Positions 28,868-38,692 of a stretch of 64,000 nt of DNA are shown in pieces (position 1 is the first letter of the stretch; the number at the start of each line of letters is the position of its first letter). Origin of the DNA: Alphaproteobacteria bacterium (lineage in GTDB: Bacteria > Pseudomonadota > Alphaproteobacteria > UBA6615); the NCBI GenBank assembly GCA_038131445.1, contig JAYPPL010000005.1:22180-86179 (forward strand). The letters are read 5' to 3'. A model generated the notes under the pieces. The model worked only from the letters and a program-made list of their open reading frames with translations. It searched no databases and had not been told where the DNA came from. Made by a program: the position numbers and the translations under genes.

Positions 28868-28927
28868 ACTGGACGCGATTCGCGCGCGCACCTATAAGGG
28901 CGCGAACCTCAAACCGGCATAAGTCAC

Positions 28928-30214
28928 ATGTTTGATCTTAAATGGATTCGTGAGAATCCTGAGGCTCTCGACCGGAGTCTCACGCGGCGCGGCGATGCGC
29001 CAGTCTCCGCGCGTGTGCTCGAACTCGACGCGGCCCGCCGCGCGGCCCAGACCCGCCTGCAGGACATGCAACAGCGGCGCAATGCCGCCTCGAAAGAGAT
29101 CGGCGGGGCCATGAAGGACGGCCGCACCGAAGAGGTCGAAGCACTGAAGGCAGAGGTCGCAAACCTCAAGTCCGATATGGAAGCCGTCGAGGCCGAGGAA
29201 CGCGCGGCGTCCGACGCGCTCAACGAACTGCTGACGGGCCTTCCGAACATACTGGACGATGACGTCCCCGACGGAAAGGACGAGGCTGACAACCTGGAAG
29301 TCCGTGCTCACGGCACCCTGCCGTCGTTCGATTTCGAGCCGAAGCAGCACTTCGATATCGGCGAGGCGCTGGGCCTGATGGACTTCGAAACGGCGGCCGA
29401 GCTGTCCGGCTCCCGCTTCGTGCTACTCAAGGGCAGGCTGGCGCGTCTGGAACGCGCGCTCGCGGATTTCATGCTAGATGTGCAGACCGAGGATTACGGC
29501 TACACCGAAATCAGCCCGCCGCTGCTGGTGCGCGCCGAGGTGCTGCACGGCACCGGCCAGCTTCCTAAGTTCGGTGAGGATCTGTTCCAGACCACCGACG
29601 AACGCTGGCTGATCCCCACCGCCGAGGTGCCGCTGACCAATATGGCCGCCGGCAAGATCCTCGATGACAGCGATTTGCCGATGCGTGTGACTGCGCACAC
29701 GGCGTGTTTCCGGGCCGAGGCGGGCGCTGCCGGCAAGGACACGCGCGGCATGCTGCGTCAGCACCAGTTCTACAAGGTGGAGCTGGTATCCATCGTGCGA
29801 CCGGAGGATTCCGACGCCGAACTGGAACGGATGACCGGTTGCGCGGAAGAAATCCTCCAGCGGCTGGGACTGGGCTATCGCGTGGTGAAACTGTGCGCGG
29901 GCGACACCGGGTTCGGTGCCGCCAAGACCTACGATCTCGAGGTCTGGATGCCCGGCCAGGACACCTACCGGGAAATCTCCAGTTGCTCGAACACCCGAGC
30001 CTTCCAGGCGCGACGCATGAATGCGCGCTACCGCCCGGCGGGCGAGGGGAAAGGGCCGGAATACGTCCACACCCTCAACGGGTCGGGCGTCGCCGTGGGA
30101 CGCGCGCTGATCGCGGTTCTGGAAAACTATCAGAACGCTGATGGATCGGTGACCATCCCCGAGGTGCTACGTCCGTATATGGGCGGGTTGGAGGCCATCC
30201 GCGCCAATGCATGA
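28928..30214 (+). CDS. serS: serine--tRNA ligase
   Basis: 428 aa. N-terminal coiled-coil arm and class II motifs ([37 protein letters not shown]). Confidence 0.97.
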   Translation: MFDLKWIRENPEALDRSLTRRGDAPVSARVLELDAARRAAQTRLQDMQQRRNAASKEIGGAMKDGRTEEVEALKAEVANLKSDMEAVEAEERAASDALNELLTGLPNILDDDVPDGKDEADNLEVRAHGTLPSFDFEPKQHFDIGEALGLMDFETAAELSGSRFVLLKGRLARLERALADFMLDVQTEDYGYTEISPPLLVRAEVLHGTGQLPKFGEDLFQTTDERWLIPTAEVPLTNMAAGKILDDSDLPMRVTAHTACFRAEAGAAGKDTRGMLRQHQFYKVELVSIVRPEDSDAELERMTGCAEEILQRLGLGYRVVKLCAGDTGFGAAKTYDLEVWMPGQDTYREISSCSNTRAFQARRMNARYRPAGEGKGPEYVHTLNGSGVAVGRALIAVLENYQNADGSVTIPEVLRPYMGGLEAIRANA

Positions 30215-30998
30215 GTTCCCGCGCAGGCTCGACAAGCTTCGTATCCTGATTTCCAACGACGATGGCGTGCGTGCACCGGGCATTAAGGTGCTGGAACGCA
30301 TCGCGCGGCAAATTACGGATGATGTCTGGACCTGCGCGCCGCTGAACGAACAGAGCGGGGCGGGACATTCACTGACGTTGCGTTATCCCTTGTGGCTGCG
30401 CCGTATCGCCACGCGCCGCTACGCTGTGGAAGGCACGCCGACCGACAGTGTACTGGTTGGCATCCATCATGCTGTGAAGGACCGCAAACCCGATCTCGTA
30501 CTGTCTGGCATCAACCGCGGCAGCAATATGGGTGAGTTTATCACCTATTCCGGTACCTGTTCGGCGGCGATGGAAGCGACCATCCTGGGCGTACCTGCCA
30601 TCGCGTTCAGCCAGCAGACCGATTTTGACCGGACCAACACCCACTGGGCGACGGCCGAAAAATACGCGCCGGACCTTATCCGCAAGCTGTGCGCGGCGGG
30701 CTGGCCCCAGCGGACATTTATCAACGTGAATTTTCCCGATTGCCCGCCCGACGAGGTGACGGGTGTCGAGGTCACGTCACAGGGTTCGCGCCCGATGGGG
30801 GATTCGCTGGTCGAAAGCCGCCATCCGCGCGGCGGACGCTACTTCTGGGTCGGCGCGCTGCCGACACACAGTTCGGGTAAGAAGGGAACAGACCTCGCCG
30901 CCGTCGAGGCCAGGCGCATCTCCGTCACGCCCATCGATCTGGATTTCACGAACCGGCGCGCGTTGAAGCCGCTGGCGGCCGCTCTGAGCAAGTCGTGA
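30207..30998 (+). CDS. surE: 5'/3'-nucleotidase SurE
   Basis: [14 protein letters not shown] and GINRGSNMG motifs. Overlaps serS and pcm in the classic surE-pcm-nlpD order. Confidence 0.93.
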   Translation: MHEFPRRLDKLRILISNDDGVRAPGIKVLERIARQITDDVWTCAPLNEQSGAGHSLTLRYPLWLRRIATRRYAVEGTPTDSVLVGIHHAVKDRKPDLVLSGINRGSNMGEFITYSGTCSAAMEATILGVPAIAFSQQTDFDRTNTHWATAEKYAPDLIRKLCAAGWPQRTFINVNFPDCPPDEVTGVEVTSQGSRPMGDSLVESRHPRGGRYFWVGALPTHSSGKKGTDLAAVEARRISVTPIDLDFTNRRALKPLAAALSKS

Positions 30999-31642
30999 GC
31001 ACGCCGGCCCATCGCGCGCGCCTCGTCCTCGCGCTGCGCAGTGCGGGGATCACCGATACGGCGACGTTGTCCGCCATCGAAAGCGTGCCGCGCGAACTCT
31101 TCGTGCCGGAAACCTTCATCGACCGCGCCTATGAAGACACAGCACTGCCCATCGGCTACGGCCAGACGCTCAGCCAGCCGCTGGTTGTGGCGACGATGAT
31201 CCAGGCGCTTGAGCTCAATACAAGGGTCAAACTGCTCGAGGTGGGGACCGGATCCGGCTACCACGCCGCAATTCTGTCCCATTTGTGTCGCCGGGTTTAT
31301 ACGATCGAACGTCACCGGCCCCTGCTGTCGGAAGCCATCAAGCGGTTCGAGGCGCTCGGACTGCACAACGTGACGACAAGGGCAGGCGACGGCATGAAGG
31401 GCTGGTCGGAACAGGCACCGTTCGACCGGATCAGTGTGACGGCGGCCGGTGAGGAGCCGCCGCAGTCGCTGCTCGATCAGTTGAAGGTAGGCGGGATCAT
31501 GCTGATGCCGATCGGTGCGCAAAGCCGTATCCAGCAGCTAATGAAATTCCGCCGGACCGAAGACGGCTACGACAGCCAGGCGATCATGGATGTGCGGTTC
31601 GTGCCGCTGCTGCCGGGTCTTGCAAGCGACACGGGAACCTGA
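30995..31642 (+). CDS. pcm: protein-L-isoaspartate O-methyltransferase
   Basis: GYGQTLSQPLVVATM, LEVGTGSGYHAAIL and PLLDQLKVGGIMLMPIG are canonical Pcm motifs. Confidence 0.93.
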   Translation: MSTPAHRARLVLALRSAGITDTATLSAIESVPRELFVPETFIDRAYEDTALPIGYGQTLSQPLVVATMIQALELNTRVKLLEVGTGSGYHAAILSHLCRRVYTIERHRPLLSEAIKRFEALGLHNVTTRAGDGMKGWSEQAPFDRISVTAAGEEPPQSLLDQLKVGGIMLMPIGAQSRIQQLMKFRRTEDGYDSQAIMDVRFVPLLPGLASDTGT

Positions 31643-31645
31643 GCC

Positions 31646-32620
31646 TTGCTCATGCATGCCGACATGTTTAGCGCGCTCCGCATGCCGGTCCTTGGGATAC
31701 TTGCGGCTCTTTTGCTCGCGGCCTGTGCCGGGCCCGGCGGACGGGCCGTGGTCATCGACAAGAGCTATCAGGACCGGAACGACGCACGCGCCACGCCGGG
31801 TACCTACATCGTAAAACCTGGAGACACGGTCTATGGCATCGCACAGCGGAACGGTATCTCGACCCGTTCGCTTATCGACTGGAACGGCCTGCGTCCGCCC
31901 TACTCGCTGCTGGTCGGCCAGAGCCTGCGCCTGCCGCAAAGTCAGGGCTATGTCGTGCAGCGGGGCGATTCTCTATATGTGATTTCCCGCCGCTTCGGGG
32001 TCGATATGGCCAGCCTCGCGCGAGCGAATAAACTGCGCGAGCCCTATACGATCCGGGAGGGGCAGTTGCTGACACTGCCTTCGGGGACGGTCCCGGCCAT
32101 GGTCCAGACCAGGACAAACCAGCCGCCTCCGTCGTCCTCGAGCCGGGAAAGGGTCGCGACAGCAACTCTTCCAAATGTGAAGCGGCCAGCGTCTATCCGC
32201 AAAGAACCGTTCGTTCGTTTTTCTGAGCCGCCTGCAAGTGCGGGAAACGGTTTCGTTTGGCCCGTTGAAGGCCGCGTGGTGTCCCGCTTCGGCGCGAAGG
32301 AAGACGGGCTGTTTAATGACGGTGTGAACATCGCCGCCCCGCGTGGCGCGCCGGTGCGAGCCGTTGATAACGGCGTAGTCGCCTATGCGGGTAAGGAAAT
32401 TCGTGGGTTTGGGAACCTACTGTTGATCAAGCACGAGGGTGGCCTGATTACCGCCTATGCGCACAATGATGCGTTGCTGGTGGCACGTGGCGACAAGGTG
32501 ACGCGCGGGCAGGTGATCGCAAAGGTCGGCACCAGCGGCGGGGTCGAATCCCCGCAGCTTCATTTCGAGGTGCGTCAAGGCACCCGCGCGGTGGACCCGT
32601 CGGCGTATCTGCCGGGTTGA
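31646..32620 (+). CDS. LysM domain-containing M23 family metallopeptidase lipoprotein (NlpD-like)
   Basis: Lipobox LLLAAC|AG, two LysM repeats (YIVKPGDTVYGIAQ..., YVVQRGDSLYVISRR...), and an M23 core (GVNIAAPRGAPVRAV...HNDALLV...PQLHFEVR). The start could also be ATG 31652 or 31664. Confidence 0.88.
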   Translation: MLMHADMFSALRMPVLGILAALLLAACAGPGGRAVVIDKSYQDRNDARATPGTYIVKPGDTVYGIAQRNGISTRSLIDWNGLRPPYSLLVGQSLRLPQSQGYVVQRGDSLYVISRRFGVDMASLARANKLREPYTIREGQLLTLPSGTVPAMVQTRTNQPPPSSSSRERVATATLPNVKRPASIRKEPFVRFSEPPASAGNGFVWPVEGRVVSRFGAKEDGLFNDGVNIAAPRGAPVRAVDNGVVAYAGKEIRGFGNLLLIKHEGGLITAYAHNDALLVARGDKVTRGQVIAKVGTSGGVESPQLHFEVRQGTRAVDPSAYLPG

Positions 32621-32621
32621 T

Positions 32622-33503
32622 CTAGCTTCTCAGGTCAAGTGGCTTGTTCAGCCGTCCGGCCAGTTCCTGCACATACTGCCAGGCCACACGGCCCGAACGC
32701 GCACCGCGTGTGACGGACCATTCCTTGGCCTCGGCGCGAAGCTGTTCACGGTCGATATCGAGACCGAAATGGTCGCAATAGGCCTCGATCATCGCGAAAA
32801 AGGTGTCCTGATCGGTGTTGTGGAAACCGAGCCAGAGACCGAATCGGTCTGACAGGGAAACCTTTTCCTCGACGGCCTCCGACGGATTGATCGCCGTGGA
32901 GCGTTCGTTCTCGATCATGTCCCGTGCCAGCAGGTGACGGCGGTTTGAGGTGGCGTAGAACACGACGTTTTCGGGTCGGCCCTCGATACCGCCTTCCAGC
33001 ACGGCCTTGAGGGACTTGTAGCTGGCGTCCGTACCGTCGAAGCTGAGATCGTCGCAAAACAGGATGGCCTGCTTCCCGCCGTCTCGCAGGATCGTAAGCA
33101 AGGCAGGCAGGGTGTGGATGTCTTCGCGGTAGATTTCGACTAGTAAGAGCCCGCCTCCGATCTCCGCGTTGATTTCCGCATGCGCTGCCTTTACGAGGCT
33201 CGACTTACCCGTGCCCCGCGCGCCCCACAGAAGCGCGTTGTTAGCGGGTAGGTGCTTGGCGAACCGGCGTGTGTTCTCCAGCAGCGTGTCGGCCTGGCGG
33301 TTGATCCCCTTTAGCAGGGCCAGAGGCACCCGGTTGACGGCCGGAACGGGCTCCAGCCAACCGGCTTCACTATCCGCATGCCAGACAAACGCCTCGGCGG
33401 AAGACAGGTCCGGCGAGGCGTTTTTTTTAGGTGCAATGCGCTCCAGGGCGTCCGCGATACGCGACAGAAGGGGGACGAGGTCCTGCTGGTTCATCCGTAA
33501 CAT
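32622..33503 (-). CDS. DUF815-type AAA ATPase (ATP-binding protein)
   Basis: 293 aa. Walker A LWGARGTGKSS and Walker B ILFCDDLSF, typical of the DUF815 family found divergent from yajC-secDF in alphaproteobacteria. Confidence 0.8.
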   Translation of the reverse strand: MLRMNQQDLVPLLSRIADALERIAPKKNASPDLSSAEAFVWHADSEAGWLEPVPAVNRVPLALLKGINRQADTLLENTRRFAKHLPANNALLWGARGTGKSSLVKAAHAEINAEIGGGLLLVEIYREDIHTLPALLTILRDGGKQAILFCDDLSFDGTDASYKSLKAVLEGGIEGRPENVVFYATSNRRHLLARDMIENERSTAINPSEAVEEKVSLSDRFGLWLGFHNTDQDTFFAMIEAYCDHFGLDIDREQLRAEAKEWSVTRGARSGRVAWQYVQELAGRLNKPLDLRS

Positions 33504-33646
33504 TCCAATATTCGATTGAAAACGGGCGGACCCTATCGGTCGAATTGCGGTATTTCAAACGCAATTTAGGCCCAAGCCTGCGTTGCAATTCGAAGGCGCG
33601 AAGTTATCATCCGGCGACTTTGAGACAAGATCCCGGGAGGGGAAAC

Positions 33647-34078
33647 ATGATCATTACGCCGGCATATGCGCAGGCAGGTGGCGGGGGCGACGCCCTCACA
33701 TCGTTTCTGCCGATCATCCTGATTTTTGTGATTTTCTATTTTTTGCTGATCCGTCCGCAGCAAAAGAAGATGAAGAACCACCGGGAGATGCTCAGCCGGA
33801 TCAAACGCGGCGACCGAGTGCTGACTGGCGGCGGTATCCTGGGTACCGTGACGAAGGTTAAGGAAGAGACCGACGAGGTAACGGTCGAGATCGCCGATGA
33901 CGTGCGAGTCGATATACTGCGGGGCACGATTTCGGACGTGATCAGCGGTCCGGGTGGTGTGAAAGGCAGCGATGCGAACCAGCCGGCCGGCAAGGGCGGC
34001 CCGACGGTTGTTGGCCCTGCGGCTAACGATGGCGGGTCCAAGGGTCTGCTCGGCGGTTTATTCGGCGGCCGCAAGTAG
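33647..34078 (+). CDS. yajC: preprotein translocase subunit YajC
   Basis: Start at ATG 33647 behind GGGAGGGG. FLPIILIFVIFYFLLIRPQQKKMKNHREML...GDRVLTGGGILGTV is the YajC signature, followed by a Gly-rich tail. Confidence 0.9.
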   Translation: MIITPAYAQAGGGGDALTSFLPIILIFVIFYFLLIRPQQKKMKNHREMLSRIKRGDRVLTGGGILGTVTKVKEETDEVTVEIADDVRVDILRGTISDVISGPGGVKGSDANQPAGKGGPTVVGPAANDGGSKGLLGGLFGGRK

Positions 34079-34102
34079 TTTCGAACCGGAAGGCATAGGC
34101 AT

Positions 34103-35677
34103 ATGGTCAATTATCCGCGTTGGGCGATGATCGTCACGGTCGTCGTCTCGCTTCTGGGCGTGATCTATGCCTCGCCGAATTTCCTGCTGTCGGCCGACCA
34201 GGCCGAGCACGATGCGAGCCTGCTGCCGACCAAACAGATGAACCTCGGTCTCGACTTGCAGGGCGGCTCGTCGCTTCTGCTGGATGTGGATATCAGCTCC
34301 GCAATCCAGGAAATGCTGGAATCGGTCGAATCATCCGTGCGGCGCGAACTTCGCCCGCGCGGCGGCAAGCGGATTGGCTATGAGAATCTGCGCGTCGATG
34401 GCGAGACGGTCCGCTTCAATGTTCGCGATCCTGCCGACATCGACGAAGCGCGAGATCGCGTGTCGGGGATTGAGAGTGGGTTCGAGCTTAATGTCATCGG
34501 TGCCAGCTTCATCCTCAGCATGAGCGAGACAGCCCGCAATGAACGGCGCCAGACCGTAATGGAGCAGGCGCGTGAGATCGTCGGGCGTCGCGTCAATGAG
34601 CTGGGGGTAACTGAGCCGACGATCCAGCAGCAGGGCGAGGAACGAATCCTTGTTCAGGTGCCGGGCCTCGACGACCCGGAAGAGCTCAAGGCTATCCTCG
34701 GCAAGACGGCCAAGATGACGTTCCATCTTGTGGATGAAGATGCGAATCTTCAGGAAGCGCTTAACGGGCGTGTGCCTCCCGGTGCCTATTTGCGTTTTGG
34801 ACCGGAGGACGAAGGCCGGTTGCCTTACATCGTGAAGCGAGAGGTGATTGTCAGCGGCGAACATCTGGTCGATTCCCAGCCCAGCTTTCAGGATGGCCAG
34901 CCCATCGTGACCTTCCGTTTCGACACCGTCGGTGCTCGCCTTTTCGGTGATGCCACCCAGAACAATGTTGGTACGCGTCTAGCGATCCTCCTCGACAACG
35001 ACGTCATCAGCGCACCCGTGATCCGTAGTGCCATTCTCGGCGGTAGCGGCATCATCACCGGCCGTTTTACGGTACAGGAAGTCAATAATCTGTCGCTCCT
35101 GCTGCGTGCGGGTGCGTTGCCGGCGCCTATGACGGTCCTCGAAGAGCGTACGGTCGGCCCTGGGCTCGGGCAAGATTCAATCGAGGCGGGTAAGGTCGCC
35201 AGCGTCATTGGCATGATCGCCGTTGTGGCATTCATGATTGCGAGCTACGGCCTGTTTGGTGTGATGGCGGCTGTCGCATTGTTATTCAATTTGTCGCTGA
35301 TCGTGGCGCTGCTCTCGCTGGTGCAGGCGACACTGACCCTTCCGGGTATCGCGGGCATCGTGTTGACAATCGGCATGGCCGTGGACGCCAATGTGCTCAT
35401 TCTGGAGCGAATACGCGAGGAAACGCGCAACGGTCGAACGCCGATATCCGCCATCGATGCGGGTTATCGGCGCGCACTGACCACGATCATCGATTCCAAC
35501 CTCACTACACTGATCGCCGCGATCCTGCTGTTCCAGTTTGGGACCGGCCCGATCAAGGGCTTCGCCGTCACGCTGTCCATAGGTATCCTGACATCGATGT
35601 TCACCGCACTGATGCTGACCCGCCTTTTCGTCGTGGTGTGGTTGCGGCGAACGCGCCCGCAGAAGCTTGCGATCTAG
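34103..35677 (+). CDS. secD: protein translocase subunit SecD
   Basis: 524 aa. N-terminal TM, large periplasmic domain, and C-terminal 5-TM bundle (LTLPGIAGIVLTIGMAVDANVLILERIREE). Confidence 0.95.
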   Translation: MVNYPRWAMIVTVVVSLLGVIYASPNFLLSADQAEHDASLLPTKQMNLGLDLQGGSSLLLDVDISSAIQEMLESVESSVRRELRPRGGKRIGYENLRVDGETVRFNVRDPADIDEARDRVSGIESGFELNVIGASFILSMSETARNERRQTVMEQAREIVGRRVNELGVTEPTIQQQGEERILVQVPGLDDPEELKAILGKTAKMTFHLVDEDANLQEALNGRVPPGAYLRFGPEDEGRLPYIVKREVIVSGEHLVDSQPSFQDGQPIVTFRFDTVGARLFGDATQNNVGTRLAILLDNDVISAPVIRSAILGGSGIITGRFTVQEVNNLSLLLRAGALPAPMTVLEERTVGPGLGQDSIEAGKVASVIGMIAVVAFMIASYGLFGVMAAVALLFNLSLIVALLSLVQATLTLPGIAGIVLTIGMAVDANVLILERIREETRNGRTPISAIDAGYRRALTTIIDSNLTTLIAAILLFQFGTGPIKGFAVTLSIGILTSMFTALMLTRLFVVVWLRRTRPQKLAI

Positions 35678-35689
35678 GGGGCGCGGAAG

Positions 35690-36667
35690 ATGTTCAAGCT
35701 CAATATCGTACCCGAGAACACGAACGTTAATTTCGTCGGCGCACGGCGGATCGCCTATCCGTTATCGGTCCTTCTGATCCTCGCATCCATCGCAGCATTT
35801 GCCATCCAAGGGCTGAACTTCGGCATCGATTTCCGCGGCGGCATCCTGATCGAGGTCAAGACCCAAGGCCCCGCAGACGTGGAGCAACTGCGTTCGGATA
35901 TCGGCGGTCTCGGCCTGGGTGAAGTCCAGATCCAGGAATTCGGGCAGCCTGACGATGTCCTCATCCGCGTACAGCAGCAGGACGGTGAGGAAGCCGAGCA
36001 AATTCGTGCCATCGAGACCATCAAAAACGCGCTCGGCGACCAGGTGGTCGAATACCGGCGAACCGAGTTCGTCGGACCGACCGTGGGTGCGGAGCTTATT
36101 GAATCCGCGATCTGGGCGGTAACTCTCGCGATCGGCGCAATCCTGATCTACATCTGGTTCCGTTTCGAATGGCAGTTTGGTGTGGGAGCGGTGATCGCGC
36201 TGACCCATGACGTCATCACGACCATCGGTCTGTTCGCGGTCACCCAGTTGGAGTTCAACCTTGCGACTGTGGCGGCAATTCTGACCATCGCAGGTTATTC
36301 GATCAATGATACGGTTGTGATCTACGATCGTGTGCGTGAGGAACTGCGCCGCTACAAAAAGATGGACATGTTCGCGCTGCTCAACCTTGCCGCGAACCGG
36401 ACCCTGTCGCGTACCTTCATGACGAGTGTGACGACCCTGATCGCACTCATCGCGCTTGCGATCTTCGGTGGCTCGATCATCCGCGACTTCTCTATTGCCA
36501 TGATCTGGGGTGTGGTGATCGGGACCTATTCCTCCGTATTCGTCGCGGTGCCGATCCTTCTGGTGCTCAATCTCAGCCGTGAGGCGCTTTCTGCCGGCCT
36601 TGACGGGGGGGGTGGGGAGAGGGGCGACACGGATGCGTCCGAGAATGGCTCCGAAAGCCGGTCGTGA
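35690..36667 (+). CDS. secF: protein translocase subunit SecF
   Basis: 325 aa. LNFGIDFRGG and IAGYSINDTVVIYDRVRE motifs. Confidence 0.95.
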   Translation: MFKLNIVPENTNVNFVGARRIAYPLSVLLILASIAAFAIQGLNFGIDFRGGILIEVKTQGPADVEQLRSDIGGLGLGEVQIQEFGQPDDVLIRVQQQDGEEAEQIRAIETIKNALGDQVVEYRRTEFVGPTVGAELIESAIWAVTLAIGAILIYIWFRFEWQFGVGAVIALTHDVITTIGLFAVTQLEFNLATVAAILTIAGYSINDTVVIYDRVREELRRYKKMDMFALLNLAANRTLSRTFMTSVTTLIALIALAIFGGSIIRDFSIAMIWGVVIGTYSSVFVAVPILLVLNLSREALSAGLDGGGGERGDTDASENGSESRS

Positions 36668-37062
36668 GCGGGTCCATAAACACCGGCGGTCATCAGTATC
36701 AGATTGTTGAAGCCTACGGGCCGCTACGGTTCCGGGTCTCCGGAACTGTGCATCAAACTTCTGTGATTGTCTTTCCCGAAGAGACGGTAACCTGGCCGGT
36801 TGAATCATTTGCGTCGCTGGTGGAAGGGGATTTTGACGCAGTGATTGAGCGGGCCGGCGATATCGAGATACTTCTGCTTGGCTGCGGTGCACGTATGGAA
36901 CTTGTCCCGCGCGCGTTTCGCGATCATCTGCGTGCCTCCGGCGTGATCATCGAACCGATGGACACCGGTGCGGCGGCGCGAACCTTCAACTTGCTGCTGT
37001 CAGAGGACCGCAAGGTCTCGGCAGCCTTGATCGTCCTTCCCGAAGAGACAGACACACAATAA
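36664..37062 (+). CDS. Mth938-like/DUF498 domain protein (bacterial homologue of NDUFAF3)
   Basis: 132 aa. The IEILLLGCGARMELVP...GVIIEPMDTGAAARTFNLL pattern is typical of DUF498. Overlaps the secF stop. Confidence 0.8.
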   Translation: MSGSINTGGHQYQIVEAYGPLRFRVSGTVHQTSVIVFPEETVTWPVESFASLVEGDFDAVIERAGDIEILLLGCGARMELVPRAFRDHLRASGVIIEPMDTGAAARTFNLLLSEDRKVSAALIVLPEETDTQ

Positions 37063-37092
37063 AAACGGGGCCCGAAGGGCCCCGCTCTGTTT
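37061..37092. terminator. bidirectional rho-independent terminator
   Basis: aaaaa-CGGGGCCC-gaa-GGGCCCCG-ctctgttt. On the minus strand the stem is followed by TTTTT. It serves the convergent genes ending at 37062 (+) and 37110 (-). Confidence 0.7.
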
Positions 37093-37109
37093 GATGAGAG
37101 TGTATTCGA

Positions 37110-37619
37110 TCAGAACGGCGGGTTCTGGGCCGCCACCATTCCGTAGAGCATGGGAATCGAAAGCAGGGTGTTTGTTCGCGAGAACAGCATCGCCGTCCGT
37201 GCCGAACCCGGCTTCTTCTCTGCCGGAGCATCTACAATGCCCAGCGCGATCTTCTGATTGGGCCAGATCACAAACCAGACATTGAATGCCATAATAAGAC
37301 CGAACCACATGGCGATACCGAGCATGGCTGTCGTCGCGCTGCCATCATTCAGGCCGATGGCAAGTGCATTACCTAGATAGCCGTTCATCCAGGCAAGGAT
37401 AAGGCCGAACAAGACCGTCGAGGCGGCGCCCCAGCGGAACCAGAACAAAACGGCCGGTGCGATATGTTTTCCAATGGCTGGCTTCAACTCATCCGGAATT
37501 TTCGGCATGGTCGGGACCTGGACGAAGTTCAGGTACCAGAGCAGGCCAATCCACATTACACCGCTGACAACATGGAGCCAGCGAATGAGATGCAGAAGAA
37601 AAGGGTCGTCGATCATCAT
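37110..37619 (-). CDS. conserved 4-TM inner-membrane protein with TM1 histidine motif (RWLHVVSGVMWIGLLWYLNF); possibly related to PuuD/HemJ/CopD-type heme- or metal-binding membrane domains
   Basis: 169-aa ORF with a GGGGAG SD 7-8 nt upstream of ATG 37619 and four clear hydrophobic helices. The family assignment is only by loose motif resemblance. Confidence 0.65.
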   Translation of the reverse strand: MMIDDPFLLHLIRWLHVVSGVMWIGLLWYLNFVQVPTMPKIPDELKPAIGKHIAPAVLFWFRWGAASTVLFGLILAWMNGYLGNALAIGLNDGSATTAMLGIAMWFGLIMAFNVWFVIWPNQKIALGIVDAPAEKKPGSARTAMLFSRTNTLLSIPMLYGMVAAQNPPF

Positions 37620-37637
37620 TTTCTATCTCCCCTGCGC

Positions 37638-37733
37638 CTAGCTGCCGATACCTTGGGCGACGAGCACCATGATGACGGTCAGGACAACCCCCATCACGAT
37701 AGTCGTCGGAAGCGACTCCAACGGGTTTTTCAT
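37638..37733 (-). CDS. unlisted 31-codon hydrophobic small ORF (MKNPLESLPTTIVMGVVLTVIMVLVAQGIGS)
   Basis: Translated by hand. The ATG at 37733 is preceded by GAGGGGGA. The TAG at 37638-37640 lies 18 nt upstream of the next gene's start. One predicted TM helix. Below the 60-aa cut-off of the ORF track. Confidence 0.45.
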   Translation of the reverse strand: MKNPLESLPTTIVMGVVLTVIMVLVAQGIGS

Positions 37734-37837
37734 TGAGTTTCCCCCTCTTTGGTTACCCGACTCGATTATAGCAAATCGGGAGCAACAAACCTACGCAGTC
37801 CGCAAAAGTCCGTGAAACACAGAATGATTCGCGTGCG

Positions 37838-38686
37838 ATGGAGCTGAACGAAAGTTATTCCTACTGCCTGGAGGAAGTCCGGCGGCATGACCATGACCGT
37901 TATCTAACGACCCTGTTCCTGCCGCCTTCTGCCCGCACGCATGCTCTCGCACTGTATGCGTTCAACCTTGAGGTAGCCCGAACGCGTGAGATCGTCAGCG
38001 AACCTCTGCTGGGGCAGATCCGGCTGCAATGGTGGCGCGAGACCATTGAGGGCATTTTCGAGGGCACGCCGCGCGAACACCCTGTCGTCGCGGCCCTGAG
38101 CGCTACAATCGCGGCCTGCGCTGTACCTCGAAAGGAGCTTGAGGCTCTGGTCGATGCCCGAGAGGCGGACATGGCAGGCAGTCCGCTGGCAGACCTCGCC
38201 GCGCTTGAGCACTACGCGGAAGAAACGGCGGGTGCTCTTTCCCGGACAGTGATGGAAGCTGTGACCGATGCGGATGTGGGTTCGATCGCCGCCCGAGCGG
38301 CGCAGGCTGTTGGAACGGCATGGGCGCTGACGGGGTTGGCCCGTTCAGTGGCGTTCCACGCGCGGCACCATCGCCTCTATATCCCCGACGACCTTATCAG
38401 TGAGTTCGAGGTTGAGCGGCGGCGTTTGTTCGACCTGCAACCTTCGGCACAGTTAAACAGTGCGGTCGCGCGGATTGCCGAACGGGCGCAGGTGCATCTC
38501 GACCGGGCGCGGGCAGAATGTGGGGGTCTCTCAAAGGTCCAGAGGCGCTTACTCCTCTTGGCGACGCTGGCAGACCGCCATATTGCACGCATGCGCGCGG
38601 CGGGGTTCGACCCGTTCGCATTTGAGGAGACACCCGCTCCCGAAACGCTGCGGCTGGCATGGACAGCGTTCCGGGGCGGTTACTAA
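37838..38686 (+). CDS. squalene/phytoene synthase family protein (NDUFAF6-like)
   Basis: 282 aa. YCLEEVRRHDHDRYL, ALYAFNLEVARTRE and LQWWRE are the typical N-terminal helices of the trans-isoprenyl diphosphate synthase head-to-head fold. No carotenoid genes are nearby. Confidence 0.85.
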   Translation: MELNESYSYCLEEVRRHDHDRYLTTLFLPPSARTHALALYAFNLEVARTREIVSEPLLGQIRLQWWRETIEGIFEGTPREHPVVAALSATIAACAVPRKELEALVDAREADMAGSPLADLAALEHYAEETAGALSRTVMEAVTDADVGSIAARAAQAVGTAWALTGLARSVAFHARHHRLYIPDDLISEFEVERRRLFDLQPSAQLNSAVARIAERAQVHLDRARAECGGLSKVQRRLLLLATLADRHIARMRAAGFDPFAFEETPAPETLRLAWTAFRGGY

Positions 38687-38692
38687 AAAGGC

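Noticed and set aside
27857-28891. 344-aa minus-strand ORF
   Set aside because: Antisense to tatC and the tatB tail. Arg/Asp-rich with no recognisable fold.
35762-36892. 376-aa minus-strand ORF
   Set aside because: Antisense to secF and the DUF498 gene. Shadow ORF.
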